The notes: generated from the letters alone by a model not told the origin. A DNA stretch of 64,000 nucleotides from Eledone cirrhosa (GCA_964016885.1 OZ024753.1:10726001-10790000); one strand, 5' to 3'. Numbered from the stretch's first letter, positions 1 through 14,478 are shown. Program-made: numbers and translations.

Positions 1-196
1 TATCTATATGTCTATATATTAAAATAACAGATTAAAGTTTAAGCAAAGAATCGCTGCTTTCACCCTTAATATATGTCTATATATATATATATGAATATCT
101 ATCTATATGTCTCTCTCTCTCTCTCATACATATATATATATATATGTATGAATATCTATCTATATGTCTCTATATATATATATATGAATATATATC

Positions 197-295
<99 letters not shown>

Positions 296-352
296 GAATA
301 TCTATCTATATGTCTATATATATATGTATATATATATGAATATCTATCTATA

Positions 353-402
<50 letters not shown>

Positions 403-869
403 TATATATATATATATATGTCTATATATATATATGTATATATATATATATGAATATCTATCTATATGTCTATATATATATATATATATATAAAGTACGG
501 TCAAATGAGCAAGATGTCTGACTCAACTGTGATAAAATTCTTTCGTTAAGACGTTAGTCAGAAAGACGTCGTATCTTACGAAATACCACCCCAAACATCT
601 TTAACGTGTTTAATTATTTATTTATTTTGGTTATTTCAAATATTTTGTTATTGGAATTTAGGAATCAGTTGACTTTCTCAGTAAAACTGATTTAAATCTT
701 GTTGTATGGCGTCTGTGTGGGTGGTGTTATCATTTGAGAGATAACCTACACGGCTGAAATTGTCGCCTGCATTTGCACATATACAGATACACACATTTGC
801 ACACATATACACACATATTCGTGCACACACACACGTATATATATATATATACACACACACACATATATA

Positions 870-944
<75 letters not shown>

Positions 945-1052
945 CTCTCTCTCTCTCAAATATATAAATATAATAAATATATATATTTGTGTGTGTATGT
1001 ATATATAGTACTCTACCCTCACTCCAGGAGAGACACTGGCTAAACATTAGAG

Positions 1053-1092
<40 letters not shown>

Positions 1093-1133
1093 CTACCCCC
1101 CACCCCAGGAGGGACACTGGCTAAACATTAGAG

Positions 1134-1175
<42 letters not shown>

Positions 1176-1251
1176 ATGTGTAAAATGTAAACAGAAATAA
1201 CAACACAATCGGTACATATATACCAGGAGAGACATTGGTTAAACATTACAG

Positions 1252-1289
<38 letters not shown>

Positions 1290-1395
1290 CTGTAATGTTT
1301 AGCCAGTGTCTCTCCTGGGGGGTGAGGTGGAAAAAGAGGGGATGTTAATGGCTACAATGTTTATGACTGTGAGTACTATTTTGCGACGAATATAC

Positions 1396-1423
<28 letters not shown>

Positions 1424-1426
<3 letters not shown>

Positions 1427-1615
1427 GGAACGAGTAGGACCCCGACGGCTGAGCTCAAGCCGTTTCGACGGCTAATTCTGGACTGAATTAGCCGTCGAAA
1501 CGGCTTGAGTTCAGCCGTCGGGGTCCTACTCGTTCCTATTACCCACTCGACTACCCTAAGTATTGAGTACTTTGGTGCGTTATGGTCCACCTGGTTCCTT
1601 ACCACATTTCCTCCG

Positions 1616-1618
<3 letters not shown>
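1424..1618 (+). mobile_element. Family A fold-back element (about 55 bp arms plus conserved tail) in (TA)n
   Basis: Near-perfect palindrome 1424-1539 with loop 1479-1484, followed by the tail attacccactc...tattgagtactttggtgcgttatggtccacctgg shared with three other copies. Confidence 0.8.
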
Positions 1619-1654
<36 letters not shown>

Positions 1655-2271
1655 AGATAAATCTAAAAAACAAGAACAAAAAATAAACAATGTTTACTGC
1701 CATATATTTGTATCTTTTCTCTGGAGATATCAAGCCCTACATTCACACAACATGGCATTTAACCCCTTGAAAGTTGTTTGTGTTTGTTGTTGGGTTGCTT
1801 TTCGTCTCTCTCCATAAACTATGCGACATAAACATCTCTATTCAAAGTAGTACTTTTATACTCTTATTGTAAGTTTAAAATAAGTTGATCCTAAATATAA
1901 AATGGTGACCTTTGTTTATTTACCTTAGAATCTGAGAATGTGAGACGAAGAGGCTACGATAAGAGAATATCAACTACAAAACAAGTGAATAAATGAAATA
2001 AAATGATATAAAGTTATGTATGTGTATATATTATTTAAATATATATATACACACACACATACACACAAGTATTTATATATATACAAGTATATATATATAT
2101 ATACACACAAGTATTTGTATATATACAAGTATATATATATATACACACAAGTATTTGTATATATACAAGTATATATATATATACACACACAAGTATTTGT
2201 ATATATAAAAGTATATATATATATGTATATATATATACATATATACACACAAGTATTTTTATATATACAAG

Positions 2272-2309
<38 letters not shown>

Positions 2310-2475
2310 AGTATTTTTATATATACAAGTATATATATATATATATACACAATTATTTATATATATATGCAAGATATATATATATATACATGTATTTATA
2401 TATATATACAAGTATATATAGATATACATATTTATAAACGAATATATATACATATATACACAAATATATATACAC

Positions 2476-2508
<33 letters not shown>

Positions 2509-3920
2509 AACGAATATATATACATATATACACAAATATATATATATATCACACATATATATATATACTCAAATATATATATATACTCAAATATATATAT
2601 ACTCATATATATATATATATATATATACTCATATATATATATACTCAAATATATATATATATACACACACACAACTATATACATATATATATATATATAT
2701 AAATACACGCATTCGTATACAACTATCAATTTGCCATTTAGAAATAGTTTCTTTATATAGCTAACTGGGATCTAAATAAATTTTAAAATAATTTCCAAAC
2801 ATAAAAGATATATCTAGTCTAAGGTGCAAACGAGAAGTTTAGACTTTCAGACATTTTGAAATAAAACCACGTTTAACTTCCTAGCAACAAGGAGTATCAA
2901 CTGAACCAGTGTTATCAAAGAACGCCATGACAGACTGTATATCATTGATACGGGGGTGATGTTTAGTTATATCAGGTTCACACACACACACACACACATA
3001 GACACACACACACACGCACAGACACACACTAACACAGTCTCTCTCACACACACACTCTCTCACACACACACCCTCTCTCTTCTTACACTCATACACACAC
3101 ACGCTCTATCTCACACACACCCACACAACCACTATCTCACACACACACCCACACACTCTATCTCACACACATATACCCACACTCTCACATACCTACACCC
3201 AAACACTCACCCCCACTCTCTCTCCCATACCTACACCCCACACTCTCTCACATAGCTACACCCTCACACACTCCCTCACACATGCACCCTTTCTATCTCA
3301 CCCATAGCTACACCCCCCCTACACACTCTCACCCATAGCTACCCCCCACCCCTGACCACACAAGACAACACTGTATGTGATATGTTGCTATAACAACTGC
3401 AGTTTCTCGTCTGACTCTCTCTTGAAGTCTGTTGTAACATCTTGCATCTCTTTCAGCCTCCAGTGACCCCCCCCCCTCTCTCGACCCACCTCTGTCTGTC
3501 TCTCTCTCACCCTCTCCGTCTGTCTGTCTCTCTCTCACCCTCTCCGTCTGTCTGTATCTCTCTCTCGCCCTCTCCGTCTGTCTGTCTCTCTCTCACCCTC
3601 TCCGCCAGTCTCTCTCTCTCTCGCCCTCTCCGTCTGTCTCTCTCTCTCGCCCTCTCCGTCTGTCTGTCTCTCTCTCACCATCTGTCTGTCTCTCTCTCAC
3701 CCTCTCCGTCTGGCTGTGTCTCTCTCTATCTCACCCTCTCTGTCCGTCTCTCGCTCATCCTCTCTTTCTTCCTTTTCTTCTCTCTCTCTCTGTTCCATCT
3801 ATAACTATCTATTCAAGTACATGGTTATACGTCCGTTCCAACTGAGACTACTGAAACCAGTCGAGGTGGGCTGCAGGTGATTCCTGGCTCACCTGGTATG
3901 GAGAATACCCATTGCCATTA

Positions 3921-3964
<44 letters not shown>

Positions 3965-3966
<2 letters not shown>

Positions 3967-4174
3967 GAACGAGTAGGACCCCGACGGCTGAGCTCAAGCC
4001 GTTTCGACGGCTAATTCTGGACTAAAATCATTTTAGTCCAGAATTAGCCGTCGAAACGGCTTGAGCTCAGCCGTCGGGGTCCTACTCGTTCCTATTACCC
4101 ACTCTACTACCCTAAGTATTGAGTACTTTGGTGCGTTATGGTCCACCTGATTCTTTACCACATTTCCTCCGTTA
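3965..4174 (+). mobile_element. Family A fold-back element
   Basis: Palindrome 3965-4093 centred at about 4029; same tail as the copy at 1424. Confidence 0.8.
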
Positions 4175-4189
4175 TATATATATATATAT

Positions 4190-4770
4190 TGGTAACATGT
4201 ATCCCAGTACAACCTGACCCATGGTCGGGTCGTTGGCGACTAAACTGGCAACCCCACCAAGGTTTCCTGGTGAGGAGGGTGACTTTGGACATCCTACAGG
4301 ACTAAAAACAAAACCTGTCAAAAGCAAAGGCGCTCTTAAGAGTCAAGGGCCATCCAAAATCACCGGGAGAGATGACCCCTTAGCCTTTGTCAAGGCAGAA
4401 TTCTAGGAGAAGGAAAACTCTGATATAACACCTGCAACTCTGATCGTATCCAATGATGTTGACTTGTTCTTCTTTTTGGTAAATATCATCCTAGTTAAGA
4501 GAGTGGGACTGGCTTTGTGCAGTGCCTTTGCTCACTATAAAAGCTTCACGGCACAGGTATTGCTTTATATCTGGAGATCTCTCTGCACTTGTCACATGGT
4601 ACCATGGGCCCAGCACTATGTGTCAATAATTGTCACAAGTGTAGTGTTTGTATCAGAGTTTTCAAGTCGCTGGCTGCACTAAAAAGTCACACTCGTTCAG
4701 CGCATCGGTAGGGGTTCTCCTACATGGATATAAAGTAGTGGCCGTACTCGAAAACGAGTTGGCAGCCACC
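4190..4770 (+). mobile_element. Bipartite non-autonomous RTE element, subfamily C
   Basis: RTE 5'UTR-type motif ctaggagaaggaaaactctga, a remnant C2H2 finger (CSVC..F..LAALKSH), the 3' hairpin ctcgaaaacgag and an (AT)n tail. No RT. Confidence 0.7.
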
Positions 4771-4787
4771 ATATATATAGTAATAAT

Positions 4788-4842
<55 letters not shown>

Positions 4843-4845
<3 letters not shown>

Positions 4846-5003
4846 AGAGTCAGGACCCCGACGGCTGAGCTACGGCCGGAGCTCGGCCGGAGCTCAGCCG
4901 TTGGGGTCCTGACTCTTTTCCTATTACCCACTCTACTACCCTAAGTATTGAGTACTCTGGTGCGTTATGGTCCACCTGGTATCTTACCACACTTCTTTGT
5001 TAT
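4843..5003 (+). mobile_element. Family A fold-back element, shorter arms
   Basis: Palindrome 4843-4920 centred on gagct; same tail. Confidence 0.78.
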
Positions 5004-5112
5004 ATATATATATATATTTTTTTTTTTCAATGTGGTCTACCCTTCATGGTAGGGTCCGTACAACTTGACTTTGTTATTATTTTCATTGTTAAATTAATAT
5101 ATATATATATAT

Positions 5113-5883
5113 GATGGCTGCCCCGTCGATATCGAGTATGGCCATTGCACGATATACCATTATTAATAATGGCAGTATCGGTAGAGGGTTGGACGCCATG
5201 CTTTCTAGCATAGTTACGTCCCTTTACAGTCCGAGTTCAAATCCCGCCGAGATTAACTTTGCCTTTCATCCTTACGGGGTCGATAAAATAAAGTACCAGT
5301 AAAGTACCAGTAATGTACTGAGTAATTGCTGACCTTGTGCCTAAAGTAGAAACAATTAATTAATTCTATCGTGCAATGCCTGTGCGAGAAGATATTTTTT
5401 AAAGTGAGGAAAGACTGTGCACTGAGCCAATCCCACTCTCTGAGCGACAGTAGCTATAACCCGAAAAGAAGAAATGATCAACATAATCGGTAACTACTGA
5501 GCCGCAGGTTTTATATCAGAGTTATCCCAGTTTCCTGAGTTGGCTTCTAGAAGAATGCCCTGACAAGGGCTAGGAGTCCTTCACTCGCAGTGGTTTAACA
5601 TCGCGATCGGGTGTCCAGCCCGACTATTTCTATGTCCCCGTGCAAATACATACATATGTACATGTGTATATATACACATATACATACATATGTACATGTA
5701 TATATACATATTTACACACTTTTGGATGGTCGTTGAGTCTTATGAGTTCTTCCGCCCTTTATCAGGTTTTGTTTTTTTGTCCTGCAGGGTGTCGAAAATC
5801 ACCCTCCTCACCAAGTAAACTTGGTGAGGTTGCCGGTTTAGTCGCCGACGACCTGCCAGGTTGTACTGGGTTACATGTTACCA

Positions 5884-5885
<2 letters not shown>
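5113..5885 (-). mobile_element. Bipartite RTE element, subfamily D, interrupted by a SINE at 5170-5357
   Basis: The 5' part 5367-5885 is homologous to 29507-30021 and, more distantly, to subfamily C. The 3' end tggccatactcgatatcgacggggcagccatc(AT)n lies at 5113-5154. Confidence 0.65.
5170..5357 (+). mobile_element. tRNA-derived SINE family 1 (Nin/Deu-like core)
   Basis: A box tggcagtatcggt, B box gagttcaaatccc, core gcctttcatccttacggggtcgataaa. Confidence 0.8.
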
Positions 5886-5931
<46 letters not shown>

Positions 5932-5935
<4 letters not shown>

Positions 5936-6264
5936 GATATTAAACAAATGGAAACTATATTTATAAAACAATATTTATTTCATTATACATATCAGGGATA
6001 CCATATTAAAAATATGGCATGCCTTCTTCAGATAAAATACAATATATAAGCAGTTTTATAAATAAATTTGACGTACCATAAATATTGATCAACTTCCATG
6101 TAAGAAGTTGGTTTGAAATATGTATAATGAAATAAATATGCTTTTATAAATATAGTTTCCATTTGTTTAATATCGTATATCTACTCCAAAACTTGTTGAG
6201 TGCTTTATATCAGTTATGAAATATTTGCTTGTTGTAACCCAACAATTTTAAATAAAACTTTTGC

Positions 6265-6265
<1 letters not shown>
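5932..6265. mobile_element. Family E element pair in inverted (fold-back) arrangement
   Basis: 5932-5992 is the reverse complement of about 6117-6180. The minus strand carries CTGAAGA-stem II-GA(ta), a degenerate hammerhead. Flanked by (TA)n. Confidence 0.65.
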
Positions 6266-6323
<58 letters not shown>

Positions 6324-6810
6324 CATAATTAAGTAAATGACAAGACAAACACAGGGATGCAAAAACACAAAGACTTATTATTGCGTTTAAGGGAAACTAA
6401 TTTATATAAATATATAAAGACTAGTGGCTGTATCAAAGATATTGTTACCTGGCTGGGATTGAACTTAAGATGAACAGCAGAACAGTAACACCTGGAAATG
6501 AGAGAGAAGCGGAAAATATTTGGCGATGGATATGGCAGCGGCGTGTGAGAAAAAGATCAAAGCTACGTGTAAAATACAAAACCCCAGCGTGTAGTAAAAA
6601 GAAAAAAAGAACACAGAACCAAGTATCTGTAGTTATGGTCTGAAAGAGTGAATGGTAAGCAGCATGGATTCTTTTCAGAACAGATGGAGGGAGGGATATT
6701 ATCGGAAGGTGTGGAAATGGATGCGATCTCCAGTTGTCAGCTGATGACGGTTTTATCTCGTAGAGTAAGCTGTAAGCAAAATAATACACACACACACACA
6801 CACTCTCTCA

Positions 6811-6859
<49 letters not shown>

Positions 6860-6872
6860 TCACACACATATA

Positions 6873-6906
<34 letters not shown>

Positions 6907-6944
6907 CTCTCACACACACATATATATCTATATATATATACACT

Positions 6945-6987
<43 letters not shown>

Positions 6988-7100
6988 TCACACACATATA
7001 TATATATACATATATATACACTCACACACACATATATATCTATATATATATACACTCACACACACATATATATCTATATATATATACACTCACACACATA

Positions 7101-7165
<65 letters not shown>

Positions 7166-7182
7166 TCATACATATATATACT

Positions 7183-7221
<39 letters not shown>

Positions 7222-7229
7222 TCATACAT

Positions 7230-7288
<59 letters not shown>

Positions 7289-7516
7289 TAATATATATAA
7301 GATCAAAAGATGGTTAAAAGAGTTCCATGTATTTTATTATGCGCATTTCAGAAACAAACATCATCATGCAATAATATTTCTGTTTTCATCAGATAAAATA
7401 GGAAGACATGATATGAAGGTTAAAAAACACTTGTGGATAGTGCAGTGTTAAATCAACATATTGATTCTTATCCGATATCTGCATTGCTTTATTGTACTAC
7501 AATAACACTCACCTCC

Positions 7517-7574
<58 letters not shown>

Positions 7575-7622
7575 AGTGTATATATATATATTATATATAC
7601 ATATATATATGTGTGAGTGTAG

Positions 7623-7681
<59 letters not shown>

Positions 7682-7698
7682 TATATGTGTGAGTGTAG

Positions 7699-7759
<61 letters not shown>

Positions 7760-7906
7760 TGCATATATATATATGTGTGTGTGTATGTCCATATATATAT
7801 TTATATATTTATGTATATATATATGTATATATATATGTATATATATCTATATGTATATGTATATATATATATATGTATATGTATATATATGTATATATAT
7901 ATATAT

Positions 7907-8070
<164 letters not shown>

Positions 8071-8486
8071 GTATATATATATGTATATATCTATGTATAT
8101 ATATATGTATATATATATGTATATATATATGTATATATATATATATGTATATATATATGTATATATATATATGTATATATATATGTGTATATATATTATG
8201 TATATATATATATGCATATTTATGTATATATATATATTTATGTGTATATATATATGCATATTTATGTATACATATATATATATATATTTATGTGTATATA
8301 TATATGCAGATTTATGTATACATATATATATATTTATGTATATATATGCATATATATATTTATGTATATATATATATTTATGTATATATATATATATGCA
8401 TATATGTATATATATGCATATATGTATATATATATGCATATATATATATTTATGTATATATATATATACATAAATATATATATATT

Positions 8487-8550
<64 letters not shown>

Positions 8551-8820
8551 CATAAATATATATATATTTATGTATATATATATATATATACATAAATATA
8601 TATATATATATACATAAATATATATATAAGTTAAAACAATGAAATAAAAAATCAAGTCATTAGAGGCATACTTCACTGCTTTACGATCGTTTCTAGGTGA
8701 TGATAATACATTGTAGCTATACTCCGTTATTGATCTATGTAAGGTTAGTTCCAAAATATCAGATAAAGAGAATATTTACTTACATGCATATCACCAGCTG
8801 TTTTCAAAAGCCATACATAA

Positions 8821-8852
<32 letters not shown>

Positions 8853-8916
8853 ATTTATGTGTAAGTATGTATGTATACGTACATACATATATGTATACAG
8901 ACGTACAGTAGCATGC

Positions 8917-8947
<31 letters not shown>

Positions 8948-9009
8948 TATACATACAGGTACACATACATATATGCACGCATCAGTTTAGCGGACGCTTA
9001 TTATAACGC

Positions 9010-9050
9010 CGGTGCTGATGATAGCTAACAAGCTTGAAACTAGTACATCG
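9010..9050 (+). ncRNA. Minimal type-I hammerhead ribozyme motif
   Basis: CGGTG-CTGATGA-TAGCT-AACA-AGCTT-GAAA-CTAG-TA-CATCG. Stem I is CGGUG/CAUCG, both core boxes are intact, stem II is AGCU/AGCU closed by U.U, and stem III is a single A-U pair with the palindromic loop CUAG. Predicted cut after 9045. Confidence 0.8.
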
Positions 9051-9219
9051 TTCCTGTGTCAGTGTTGAACAAAAAGGTGACGTGGTTGCCTTAACACCGT
9101 ATGGCATAAATTCAGGCTGTTCAGTTTGTTTACAAACGAACAAAGCGGCGTTATAATAAGCGTCCGCTAAACTGATGCGTGCATATATGTATGTGTACCT
9201 GTATGTATATATATGTGTG

Positions 9220-9296
<77 letters not shown>

Positions 9297-9645
9297 GTAT
9301 ATATATATGTATATATCTATGTATATATATATGTATATATATATGTATATATATATGTATATATATATATATGTATATATATATGTATATATATATATGT
9401 ATATATATATGTGTATATATATTATGTATATATATATATGCATATTTATGTATATATATATATTTATGTGTATATATATATGCATATTTATGTATACATA
9501 TATATATATATATTTATGTGTATATATATATGCAGATTTATGTATACATATATATATATTTATGTATATATATGCATATATATATTTATGTATATATATA
9601 TATTTATGTATATATATATATATGCATATATGTATATATATGCAT

Positions 9646-10251
9646 GGTGGCTGCCAACTCGTTTTCGAGTACGGCCACTACTTTACATCCATGTAGGATA
9701 ACCCCTACCGAAGCGCTGAACGAGTGTGACTTTTTAGTCCAGCCAGCGACTTGAAACCTCTGGTACAAACACTACACCTGTGACAATCATTGACACATAG
9801 TGCTAGGCCCATGGTAGGACAATTATTGACACATACTGCTGGGCCCATGTGAGGACAAGTGCAGAGAGATCTCCAGATATAAAGCAATGCCTGTGCCGTG
9901 AAGCTTTTATAGTGAGCAAAGGCACTGCACAAAGCCAGTCCCACTCTCTTAACCAAGATGCTATTTACCAAAAAGAAGAACAAGTCAACATCATTGGATA
10001 CCATCAGGGTTGCAGGTGTTATATCAGAGTTTTCCTTCTCCTAGAATTCTGCCTTGACTAAGGCTAAAGGGGTCATCTCTCCCGGTGATTTTGGATGGCC
10101 ATTGACTCTTAAGAGCTCCTTTGCCCTTTGACAGGTTTTGTTTTTAGTCCTGCAGGATGTCCAAAGTCACCCTCCTCACCAAGAAACCTTGGTGGGGTTG
10201 CCAGTTTAGTCGCCAACGACCCGACCATGAGACAGGTTGTACTGGGATACA
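9646..10251 (-). mobile_element. Bipartite non-autonomous RTE element, subfamily C
   Basis: Homologous to 4190-4770. The ORF track shows [19 protein letters not shown], an RTE C-terminal zinc finger. Confidence 0.72.
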
Positions 10252-10328
10252 CATATATATATATATATACATACATACATATATATTCATATATATATAC
10301 ATACATACATATATATTCACATATATAT

Positions 10329-10935
10329 GGTGGCTGCCAACTCGTTTTCGAGTACGGCCACTACTTTATATCCATGTAGGAGAACCCCTACTGATGCGCT
10401 GAACGAGTGTGACTTTTTAGTCCAGCCAGCGACTTGAAAACTCTGGTACAAACACTACACTTGTGACAATTATTGACACATAGTGTTGGGCCCATGGTAC
10501 CATGTGACGACAAGTGCAGAGAGATCTCCAGATATAAAGCAATGCCTGTGCCGTGAAGCTTTTATAGTGAGCAAAGGCATTGCACAAAGCCAGTCCCACT
10601 CTCTTAACCAAGATGATATTTACCAAAAAGAAGAACAAGTCAACATCATTGGATACCATCAGGGTTGCAGGTGTTATATCAGAGTTTTCCTTCTCCTAGA
10701 ATTCTGCCTTGACAAAGGCTAAGGGGTCATCTCTCCCGGTGATTTTGGATGGCCATTGACTCTTAAGAGCTCCTTTGCCCTTTGACAGGTTTTGTTTTTA
10801 GTCCTGCAGGATGTCCAAAGTCACCCTCCTCACCAAGAAACCTTGGTGGGGTTGCCAGTTTAGTCGCCAACGACCCGACCATGAGACAGGTTGTACTGGG
10901 ATACATGTTACCAGTAGCACCAACTGGTGACCTGA
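10329..10935 (-). mobile_element. Bipartite non-autonomous RTE element, subfamily C (tandem neighbour)
   Basis: Near-identical to 9646-10251. Confidence 0.72.
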
Positions 10936-11019
10936 CATAAATATATATGCATATATGTATATATATATGCATATATATATATTTATGTATATATATATAT
11001 ACATAAATATATATATATT

Positions 11020-11087
<68 letters not shown>

Positions 11088-11357
11088 CATAAATATATAT
11101 ATATTTATGTATATATATATATATATACATAAATATATATATATATATACATAAATATATATATAAGTTAAAACAATGAAATAAAAAATCAAGTCATTAG
11201 AGGCATACTTCACTGCTTTACGATCGTTTCTAGGTGATGATAATACATTGTAGCTATACTCCGTTATTGATCTATGTAAGGTTAGTTCCAAAATATCAGA
11301 TAAAGAGAATATTTACTTACATGCATATCACCAGCTGTTTTCAAAAGCCATACATAA

Positions 11358-11389
<32 letters not shown>

Positions 11390-11453
11390 ATTTATGTGTA
11401 AGTATGTATGTATACGTACATACATATATGTATACAGACGTACAGTAGCATGC

Positions 11454-11484
<31 letters not shown>

Positions 11485-11546
11485 TATACATACAGGTACA
11501 CATACATATATGCACGCATCAGTTTAGCGGACGCTTATTATAACGC

Positions 11547-11587
11547 CGGTGCTGATGATAGCTAACAAGCTTGAAACTAGTACATCG
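11547..11587 (+). ncRNA. Second identical hammerhead ribozyme motif, in the duplicated segment
   Basis: Same sequence as 9010-9050 at offset 2537. Confidence 0.8.
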
Positions 11588-11756
11588 TTCCTGTGTCAGT
11601 GTTGAACAAAAAGGTGACGTGGTTGCCTTAACACCGTATGGCATAAATTCAGGCTGTTCAGTTTGTTTACAAACGAACAAAGCGGCGTTATAATAAGCGT
11701 CCGCTAAACTGATGCGTGCATATATGTATGTGTACCTGTATGTATATATATGTGTG

Positions 11757-11818
<62 letters not shown>

Positions 11819-12137
11819 TGCTACTGTACGTCTGTATACATATATGTATGTACGTATACATACATACTTACATTTAAGTAAGTGCCATACTAAGAGTGAG
11901 AAATGAAATTTCGTTTTCATTTTTTTCAACTTATATATTTATGTATATATATATATATATTTATGTATATATATATATATATTTATGTATATATATATAT
12001 TTATGTATACATATATTTATGTATACCTATATATATTTATGTATACCGTACATATATATATATATATTTATGTATACATATATATTTATGTATACCGTAC
12101 ATATATATATATATATTTATGTATACATATATATTTA

Positions 12138-12196
<59 letters not shown>

Positions 12197-12467
12197 TTAT
12201 GTATGCATATATATTTATGTATATATATATATATATGTATATATATTTATGTATACATATATATATATATTTATGTATATATATATATATATTTAATTAT
12301 ATATATATATATATTTATGTATATATATATATATATTTATCTATATATATATATATATTTATGTATATATATATATATATATTTATTTATGTATATATTT
12401 ATTTCCAGGGATAACTTGAACCGTTAAGGTATATTATCCTTGGTTATGTCAAATATTTATGAAACAT

Positions 12468-12660
12468 TTTGTATTTTATCTGATGATAGCGTACCAACAT
12501 TTTGATACCCTTCAAATATATATAATAGAATAAATATGGTTTTATAAATATAGTTTCCATTTATTTAATATCATTGTATATTATACTCCAGCAAAGCTAT
12601 TGAGTGCTCTAAATCAGTTATAAACATTTATATTTGTTGAATTACCAATAAATTGAATAT
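12468..12660 (+). mobile_element. Family E hammerhead element, degenerate copy (GAAA changed to CAAA)
   Basis: CTGATGA at 12480; homologous to 18350-18465 and to the tail at 6110-6260. Confidence 0.6.
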
Positions 12661-12670
12661 CCCTTCTACT

Positions 12671-12708
<38 letters not shown>

Positions 12709-12986
12709 TATATATAGTTATGTAATAAACAACATAAGATAATTATTTCATTTACAAATCTGCTTTCAGTCATCAGAACTGATGTGAGAAAAACCACAGA
12801 CCCTCCATCTCAACTCACCTTTTGAAAAGCAGAAGAACTGCGAAACCGGTAAATGAAAAAATTCTGAAGCTCTGTAACCTACATATAGCACTCTTTTTGC
12901 CTGTACCTTTACGATGGAATTACTTCACATATATATATAGATATATATATACAAAGAAATTGAATATCCCTTCTGCCTATATATAT

Positions 12987-13170
12987 TTGGGAGCCCCTAC
13001 ATGGACACACTAGAAGAGGAAGACCAAGGTTAACGTATGTTGATGCCCTAAGGACAGACACTGGTCTATTGGAGACGCAGGACATGGCAGCGATAATGAG
13101 GGACAGAGACCGCTGGAGAGAACTCGTCCATGGATCTCGGGAATTTTACCCGCCTTAGAATAGAATAGAA
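12987..13170 (+). mobile_element. RTE-type LINE 3' end fragment
   Basis: Translates as HGHTRRGRPRLTYVDALRTDTG...MRDRDRWRELV..stop, followed by an (AATAG)n tail. Confidence 0.7.
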
Positions 13171-14304
13171 TATATACAAACAAAACTGTTTGCTACTGTT
13201 TAAACTCAAACAAAAGACCCTTATCACTTTCTTCACGTCCAGATTATATTTTGTTGCTATGACGACATCAAAACAAACACTCACTAATCAGGAAAAAACA
13301 AAGATTTATCTAAACTGTGTCCATTGTTCCATTTTAATCTCCAGGTGAAAGATTCCAATTACGGCTAAAGACAAGAAGAGATAAGAAGAGATCCTGTAAT
13401 TAGGTTAGGAGTGTGTGTAATTGTGTGAAAGAGTGTGTGTGAGTGTGTGTCTGTGTGTGTGTATGTGTCTGTGTGTGTGTGTGTGTATGTGTCTGTGTGT
13501 GTGTCTTTGTGTGTGTATGTGTCTGTGTATCCGTGTGAATGTGTGTGTGTGTGTGTTAATGTGTGTGTGTATGTCTGTGTATGTGTGTTAATGTGTGTCC
13601 GTGTGAATGTGTGTGTGTTAATGTGTGTGTGTATGTGTCTGTTTGTATCTGTCTGTGTTAATGTGTGTGTGTCCGTGTTAATGTGTGTGTGTCCGTGTGA
13701 ATGTGTCTGTGTCTGAGTGTGTATGTGTGTATGTGTGTGTGTGTGTATGTGTGTGTGTGTTAATGTGTGTATGAGAGAGGAAGAGAGAGAGCGAGAGAGA
13801 ACAAGTGTACCTGTGTGTGCAAGAGAGAGCGAAAGTGAGGGAGAAAGTGTACGACTGTGTGTGAAAGAGGGAAAAGAGAGAGAGTGTGTGTGTGTGGGAG
13901 AAAGCGAGAACTAGAGAGTGAAAGAGAAAGAGGGTACTTGTGTGTGTTTGTGAGAGAGAGGAGGGAGAGAGGAGGGAGGGAGAGAGGAGGGAGGGAGGGA
14001 GGGAGGGAGAGAGGAGGGAGGGAGGGAGGGAGACAGCAAGAATGAACGTGTGTGGGTGTGTATAAGTAGATGTGTGTGTTTAAATGTGTGTGCGTAAATA
14101 GATGTGTGTGTTTAAATGTGTGTATAAGTAAATGTGTGTGTTTAAATGTGTGTGTATAAGTAAATGTGTGTGTATAAGTAAATGTGTGTGTATGTGTGTG
14201 TTTATGGTTGAAGAATTGAGACGGTGATTATCTTAAACGAGACGATGTCTTTTAATTACATTTCAAGAGAATTTACAACATATTCCCTTAAACACAAACA
14301 TATA

Positions 14305-14430
14305 TATATACATACACATATATACACACACTCATATATATGTATACATACATACACATATATATATATACATACACACATATATATACATACACACATA
14401 TACACACACACATATACACACACACGTATG

Positions 14431-14478
<48 letters not shown>

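Noticed and set aside
10845-10935. HDV-like ribozyme at the RTE 5' end
   Set aside because: Such ribozymes are known in some RTEs and hairpins are present, but I could not assign P1, P3 and P1.1 by eye.
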